Positions 57,525 to 64,000 of a DNA stretch of 64,000 nucleotides are shown here, piece after piece (position 1 is the stretch's first letter; the number at the start of each line of letters is the position of its first letter). A model generated the notes under the pieces. The model was given only the letters and a program-made list of their open reading frames with translations. It had not been told where the DNA came from and ran no database searches. The DNA is from the human T2T-CHM13v2.0 reference genome, Homo sapiens. The stretch lies in the NCBI RefSeq assembly GCF_009914755.1, contig NC_060929.1. The stretch is one strand, 5' to 3'. The translations under genes were made by a program, and so were the position numbers.

Positions 57525-60029
57525 CTCTAAACTGCGGAGGTACTCTAGTGTTGTTAAGAAGCTTTCGCGGTGGTGTCTGCTATACAAGCCAGTAGGAAAT
57601 TAGCTTTAAGAAGCAGATGGACATGTTCTTGCTCTGGGCAGCATTTTCTCTGCATTCAAGCATGAGTAAATAGCAATACTAAGAGAAACCTGAAACGCAA
57701 ATTTTAAGAATTAAATGTTCTCCATTCAATGAATCTTTAGTCTTTTAAACTCATACTTAATTTACAATAAATGCAATATCTTACACTGTATAAATTTTAG
57801 AATTTATAACATGATTATACATGTTTTAGTACTAAAACCCTTCAAGGTATGTCTGCATCTATTTAATGATGGGAAAAATGAAGAAAATACAATTTGCCAT
57901 ACTGAAGTTAAATGACTTTCCTAGTTATTTAACTGAGGACTTTAATTTGCATCTTTTGACTTTTAGTCCAGCACTCTTTTTAAATAAGATTGTTCTTCCT
58001 CTCAAAACAAGTGCCTTTATTTTTAAAACCAGACTTACAAATATATAGGTGTTGCACTTTTCTTAAAAATTACTACATGTGCGTTAAGATAGAGCTGGGC
58101 ATTCCAACTTTAAGTGCTGAAGATATTAATATGCAACAAATATGAGTCTGGAACAAACTACTGCTCATGCAGAAAAAGAAAGGAAGTCAAAATTTGAGTT
58201 TGTGGTGGTTGTGGTCAATGAAAATGTGGTTTCCTATACTATGATATACAGTTGTGACCAATGGTTTATCATTACGATAGAAGCATCCTTTTGCTGGATA
58301 TTCACCAAGAGTCATTAGGCAAAAGCAATTGTGGAAGTAGTGGTAAGATGCTCACCTTGGTTAATGATTTGGAAAAAAAGCTCTAGAGATTTAAAAGTGG
58401 GTGCAGTATATCCGTTTCTTTTATTGACTTTGATGCACTATTGGAAATTGAAACCACTTCAAATGAAGAAAACCAGTCTATTAAAGCATAATGGGGGAAA
58501 AAAAGGCTTGGGTGAGATTAATATTTAAAGTATTCACAGCTCATAAGTAGTTTAAAATATAACAGTAGTAGATGGCTCTCAGCATCTTTCTTTAGTTTAT
58601 TTTTTAGGTTACAAATGTTGGCCTTCATGACGTTATCTTAAGGTAATAAGTGTGGAATAAAATTATATTATGGATTCTCCCATTAATATGTTTTGATTCT
58701 TACAGATTTGTTGAGATCATCATTAATAGTAGAGACTTTTGCCTTGTGATAGCTTTCGAGGAAGAATAAAGATAAGAGAAAATTGTATAATTTTTCTAAG
58801 CTTTACTTTGTAATGAAGTGAATAATTATAATAAACAACTCGGGAATAAATTATATTTATATTTTGAATTCTTACATATATATGTATTAGTTTTAGAAAA
58901 ATACAAATTAAGGGATTTTTTTGTTAGATTTATTTGTTCCTGTTAGTACTTTTTATTTGCTTTAAGTACATGATAAAATTATACATTATTATAATAATTT
59001 ATTTAATATTGGAATACGAGTAAGGCCACAGGATCAAACGGAAAATATCTTAAACAAGAAATCAGAAAGCCTGGGCTCTCCTGGTTTTTCTGTTGTCTGA
59101 AAATGTAACCTTAGATATTATTTGATATCTGTAGTTTCCTTTCTGAAACAAAATTCTGTGATTATGTGATATGCTTCTATAAGCAAGTTAATTCTTTATG
59201 TGGTGAAATTAAATCTGCAGCAATTTTTGAGGGTTATCTTGTGGTTTATTGTTAATATAATGAGGTAACAGTTAACTTTCCACAGAGTAGCTCACAATTT
59301 TGCTACCAACTGCCTGAAGTTAACTTCATACTGTCAATGGGTAATCTTTATGCAGAATTAGAACTGTGAACCTGATGTCGCAGAAGGATCAATATACCAA
59401 GATATGCTTAAATATGCATAAAGGTACATTCCAAAGATGCCATGTCATTAGGATAATGGAGACCATCAACAGTTACTTCGTGACCTCCATGATTCTAAAA
59501 TTTACCATGGAACATTCGGAAATACATGACCTTTCAATCCTTCCTTAGGTTCCTTCTGCAGGTAACGGGTGGCCTTAGGCCTAGAGGCAATCAATTTTGA
59601 AGCCTGAACTGCAACTACATAAATATAGCTGTTAATGAAATATGTCATTACTTTTCTCTTCTAAAACCTAGAAACAAATTATTTTGTTTTGGCTCTTAAA
59701 TATTGATCACTGTTGAAAAAATTACTAATATATTAATTTTTAAGTTCGTGTCATAAAGTATAGAAAATTATTTCTTATTTTTCTTCATTATTTTTACTTT
59801 ATTTATATATTCCCTAAAAACTAATTAGAAAACATGCTTTGGTTTTGTTTTAGGCCTCAAATATACTCAAAGGTAGGCTGCTTGTATTCCTTGAAATATT
59901 CTATCTAGCTTTGTGAAATCTTATATAAATATTAAAAGCCTCTGTATCATAATGTCCACTTACAATGTGTCGTAACCTTAAGGAATTCACTTTTGTCCTA
60001 TTCCTCTTGGGCTGCATATTTCTACTTCT

Positions 60030-61210
60030 GCCTCTTGTGGCTGTGTCTTCTCTGTGTTGCCCTGGCGCTAATGTGAGTCTGGGATGCCGTTCCTTTTACA
60101 TCCCAGAGTAATCATAAGCACAGGCTAATGCATATAGCAGAATTTTAATAAAGGCTTGACAGTAGACAGAAGGATTTCCTTCAGCAAAATAATTCCTAAA
60201 TAAAATACTGGACAGCCCCATATCTTTTGTAAACTGCGTACCAGTGATCACATCTGATGGACCTGCCCCTCTTCTTCACATTCTCTCTCTTTTCCCTCTT
60301 CCCAGACCTCTCCATTATTCTTGGACCTTTCTCACATTACTGCAGATGGTCAAGATTTATGTTAAGGATTGACAGAGAGAAAAGAAATAATGAAAACGGC
60401 TTCGGCACTTTATCAATCAGGCTTTATGAAGAACTGCAACATCATTCAGGAAACTGGCAGCTCAATTGGGCAAACTCTCAGGACTGGGCCTCCACTGAGC
60501 CCTACTCTGGGGAGGTGAACATACCAGCCACTCACCTACTCCGGATAGTTCCTTCTCCATGGCCCGGTTCAGCTCCTACTCTGCTACCAGCTGCTCTCTC
60601 CATTTTCTTTCCTAGCTCTTGACTTCTACCTCACGGCTTCTTCTTCCTCACTTCTCTAAACAGAGTTTTCTTTTTAAAATTTCTACTCCCTCTCTGTGAA
60701 TCTCAGTTTTATACTCCCATGAAAGAAAGGTCTGATTAACTCAATCATTTACAATGATGTATACTAGAATTTTTTTTTTTTTTTTTTTTTTTTGAGACGG
60801 AGTCTAGCTCAGCCGCCCAGGCTGGAGTGCAGTGGCGCGATCTCGGCTCACGGCAAGCTCCGCCTCCCTGGTTCACGCCAGCCATTCTCCTCCTCAGCCT
60901 CTGGAGTAGCTGGGACTACAGGCGCCCGCCACTACGCCTGGCTAATTTTTTTGTATTTTCAGTAGAGACAGGGTTTCACCGTGTTAGCCAGGATGGTCTC
61001 TACTGATCTCGTGATCCGCCCATCTCGGCTTCCCAAAGTGCTGGGATTACAGGCGTGAGCCACCGCGCCCGGCCAGTAGAATTTTTTTTTTTTTTTTGTG
61101 GTTACTTGATATGCTTTTTTCTCCCTCATGTCTGGCATTTGGGCTGCATTTGGATGAGATCTGATACTAGGCCCATTCAGTGACATAGCCACATGATACA
61201 AAATGTTACA
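60030..61210. mobile_element. Possible ancient LTR relic interrupted by AluY
   Basis: GC-richer stretch with weak old-LTR-like motifs (GAAAGGTCTGATTAACTCAATCA; CCACATGATACAAAATG); family not identified. Confidence 0.3.
60770..61074 (-). mobile_element. AluY SINE, CpG-rich
   Basis: Long poly-T, GCAAGCTCCGCCTCCC, GGCGCCCGCCACTACGCC, CACCGTGTTAGCCAGGATGG, ends CCCGGCC; TSD-like ACTAGAATTTT/AGTAGAATTTT. Confidence 0.97.
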
Positions 61211-64000
61211 GTTTGTGCAAATGCCTTTGGATGTTTGGCTAAAGGGGCAGTAACTGAGATGTTACTCAACACTTTATGGCTCTTTTTCCACTGGAGGGTG
61301 TTATTGGATTTCAATCGTATGTCAGCTTAACAAACATAGATTTAGACTCTTCACTCTAAAATCGCTAATACTTAGAAGAAATTATACATTCATAGGATGT
61401 GATCCTTTTTCATTTTTGAGGAGATAATTTAAAAATTTTATGATTTTTCAAGTAGCAGCATAAGAGATTTTTATACAAATTTACTAACTGTATAATTTGC
61501 TATATTTCAGCTTACAGTTACTTATTCCTTCCTTAATATCATTTTCAAAGGCATTGTTTTAGAGTTGTCTTTAGGAAAATAGTTTGTTGTATACAGTGGT
61601 CTTAGAAAGAAAAAATGAACTAAGATTTTAAGACAATGATTTAACTAGCAAAGTCTCATAAATAAAAATATTGATCCTCACATTTAGAATAAGTAGTAAG
61701 AAAAATTAAGGGATGAATGATATGTATGTGTATTATAATGCCTATAAGTCTCAAAATAGAGCTTTTAGAAAAATTTGTATGAAAATGCAGTAAGTGTAAA
61801 TATATCACTATAAACCTCTGAGTAAACCAAACAATGGACAATAAATCAATTAGATGACGATGTAACTAAACCAAAAAGGGTTATAGTTAAAAAGTAAAAA
61901 AAGAAAAAAACCTATTTGTTAGAAACCATGCCTAATTTGAAAATATTGATGATTCACTGATAACAAAACATCTTTGCAGAGAATTACAGGAATCCCAGAG
62001 CCATCTATACATGCAAATTCACAGCATGAGCTTTGCAGTTTTGCCATGTGCTGTAGGCAGCTACACTTAGTAGAATTCAGAATTAACTTCCCAGAAGACT
62101 CCATAATTAGACTATTTTTACTTATCAGTACCAAATTTTTATAATTTTGGAGTAATTTATCTAGTAGGTTAGTAGGAAGTAGACTTGAGTCATATTTAGG
62201 AATGAAAAGCGAAGGCCCACAAATTGAAGAAATTCTTGCATTTTCCTGTGAACATGGAGTCCACGAATAGGATCCTCATGGCTCAGCAATGAACAGCAGG
62301 CTTGAGACTTTCATCTCTAGGTAAACTTTATTAGATCAAGAATGCCTCCCTACAGGACTTCTAATTATGTAGACACGTAGTTTTTTGAAATTGAATATGT
62401 TAAGGAATAAACATAGAGAGATTTCTATTTAACATCAAGCTTATATAATCATTTTCAAAAAATTTTTTTACATTTTTAAAATTTATGTTTTTTTCATTGC
62501 TTTAACAGTCCTATAAAAAATGTGAGTTTTTTTTTTCAGCTGTAAAGAACATAGTTTACACAATAAAGTGTATTTTTTGTTTCTCTTCTGACTCCCCCTT
62601 CCCATTTGGAAAACCAGGCAAGAAATATAACCCTAAGAATTTAATTGATAAAAACCCATGCCATAAATCATTTTAGCAAAAAGATAGAGATGATTTGATA
62701 CTAAGACCAAAACTAAAAGGCTGGTAAAGCATATTTTTTAAAGATCACTTACAAAAGAAAAGGAAATAAATTCACTTGGGAATGTGGTTCAAAAATGTTG
62801 CCAACTGCCTCTGGTGATCTTTTACCAAATTCCTCCTATACTATGAAAAAATCACTTGCAATTGATCATGGTCAGTTGTTTAGAAATGTTCCCTTGATTC
62901 CTGAGTTATCCTTGGAAACTTAGTCTTGAACAGATTGCTTGCTCTACTGACCAGACTTTATGCTTTTAATGTTATATTTAATCCAAAAGAAGTACCTTTT
63001 ACCCTCATTTACCTCCTTGTAATACAGCTTTTCATCAGCCAGCATGAAAGGTATTTTCCTGGTCCTTCATTTGAACGTGGGTTTAGTATCAGAAGGGAAA
63101 AGTACTTTGTGTTTTTCATAATGTGCACCTCATTTGTCACACGTAGAGATGATAATTCACTGTTTATTTCTCCAATTGGGGACTTTAAAAGTCAGGATTA
63201 TGCTTTGTCTCCTTATTCCTTTGTTTCCTGGAATTCTTAAGCACCTCTAGAAGAAAATTGGGTCGCTTGTTAGATTGAGTTGAAGAGCCTTAGGGATCCA
63301 TTTTTCAAGGAAGTCTATTGGGTCTGCCTCTTCCACCCCTTCAGGCAGTCCAGTAATTCTGACAGTCTAGTTTAAGGCAGTTTCTTAAAACTATTCTCTC
63401 TCTCGTAGCACTGTATATCTCTCATTTCAAACTACTGCTTTACCATTAGATTAAATTTAACTGTCTGGGAGCACTATTTGGTGTTCTACATTTCTTGCTT
63501 TAAAATCAAGGTTTACTGCTTCCTAATTTTAATTTTAAAAGGAAAAGGAAATGAAACAAACATCAAAATAAAAACCAGCGTAATGTCACAGATCTCATAG
63601 GCAATATATTTTTATTATCTCCAAAGATTTCGTCTTTTCTAGAGAAGCTTCCTTGAAAATATTTGACAACGGAGCATTTCTGTCCTTGCCCCTTACACTT
63701 GCCTCCTACAGTTTGGAATTATTCATTTACCAAATATTTCCCTTAAATATTGGTATTCATAAACATTTTTTTTCTACAGAATAAATTATACATTATTCAT
63801 TTGGCCTTTGAGCCTTTCAAGCTCCATATTCAGTAGAAATACTTGGGGTAGCATTAATGTGCTGTAATAGATACGTCTTTTGGCTGGCTCCACCTCTTCT
63901 CCTCTTTCACCTCCATTTGCAATTTTTGGATAGATGGTCATAAAGGTCAATTTTCCCAACCATAAGAATCTTTGCTTTATTACATTTTCTTAAAGAATGT

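Overview
AT-rich, CpG-poor primate (very probably human) genomic DNA that looks intergenic or deep-intronic. It is dominated by interspersed repeats: 8 full-length Alus plus one truncated AluJ, several L1 fragments of different ages (two 5'-truncated L1PA 3' ends), L2/MIR relics, MaLR solo LTRs (MLT1, MST, THE1) and hAT-Charlie MITEs (MER58, MER30, MER5A). I cannot support any intact protein-coding gene, RNA gene, CpG island or CRISPR array; most listed ORFs are Alu/L1/LTR read-throughs or chance ORFs. The most interesting unexplained segment is a ~0.5 kb GC-richer island at ~30.2-30.7 kb with a coding-like minus-strand 133-aa ORF, an acceptor-like end and a poly(A) signal (retrocopy or terminal exon). 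Other observations are a close inverted AluY pair, several duplication-plus-foldback scars, an old MIR-plus-flank duplication, perfect palindromes, G4 motifs and two repeat-free blocks that may be conserved non-coding elements. I found no convincing novel biological system. Repeat subfamily calls are by eye and boundaries of old repeats are approximate.
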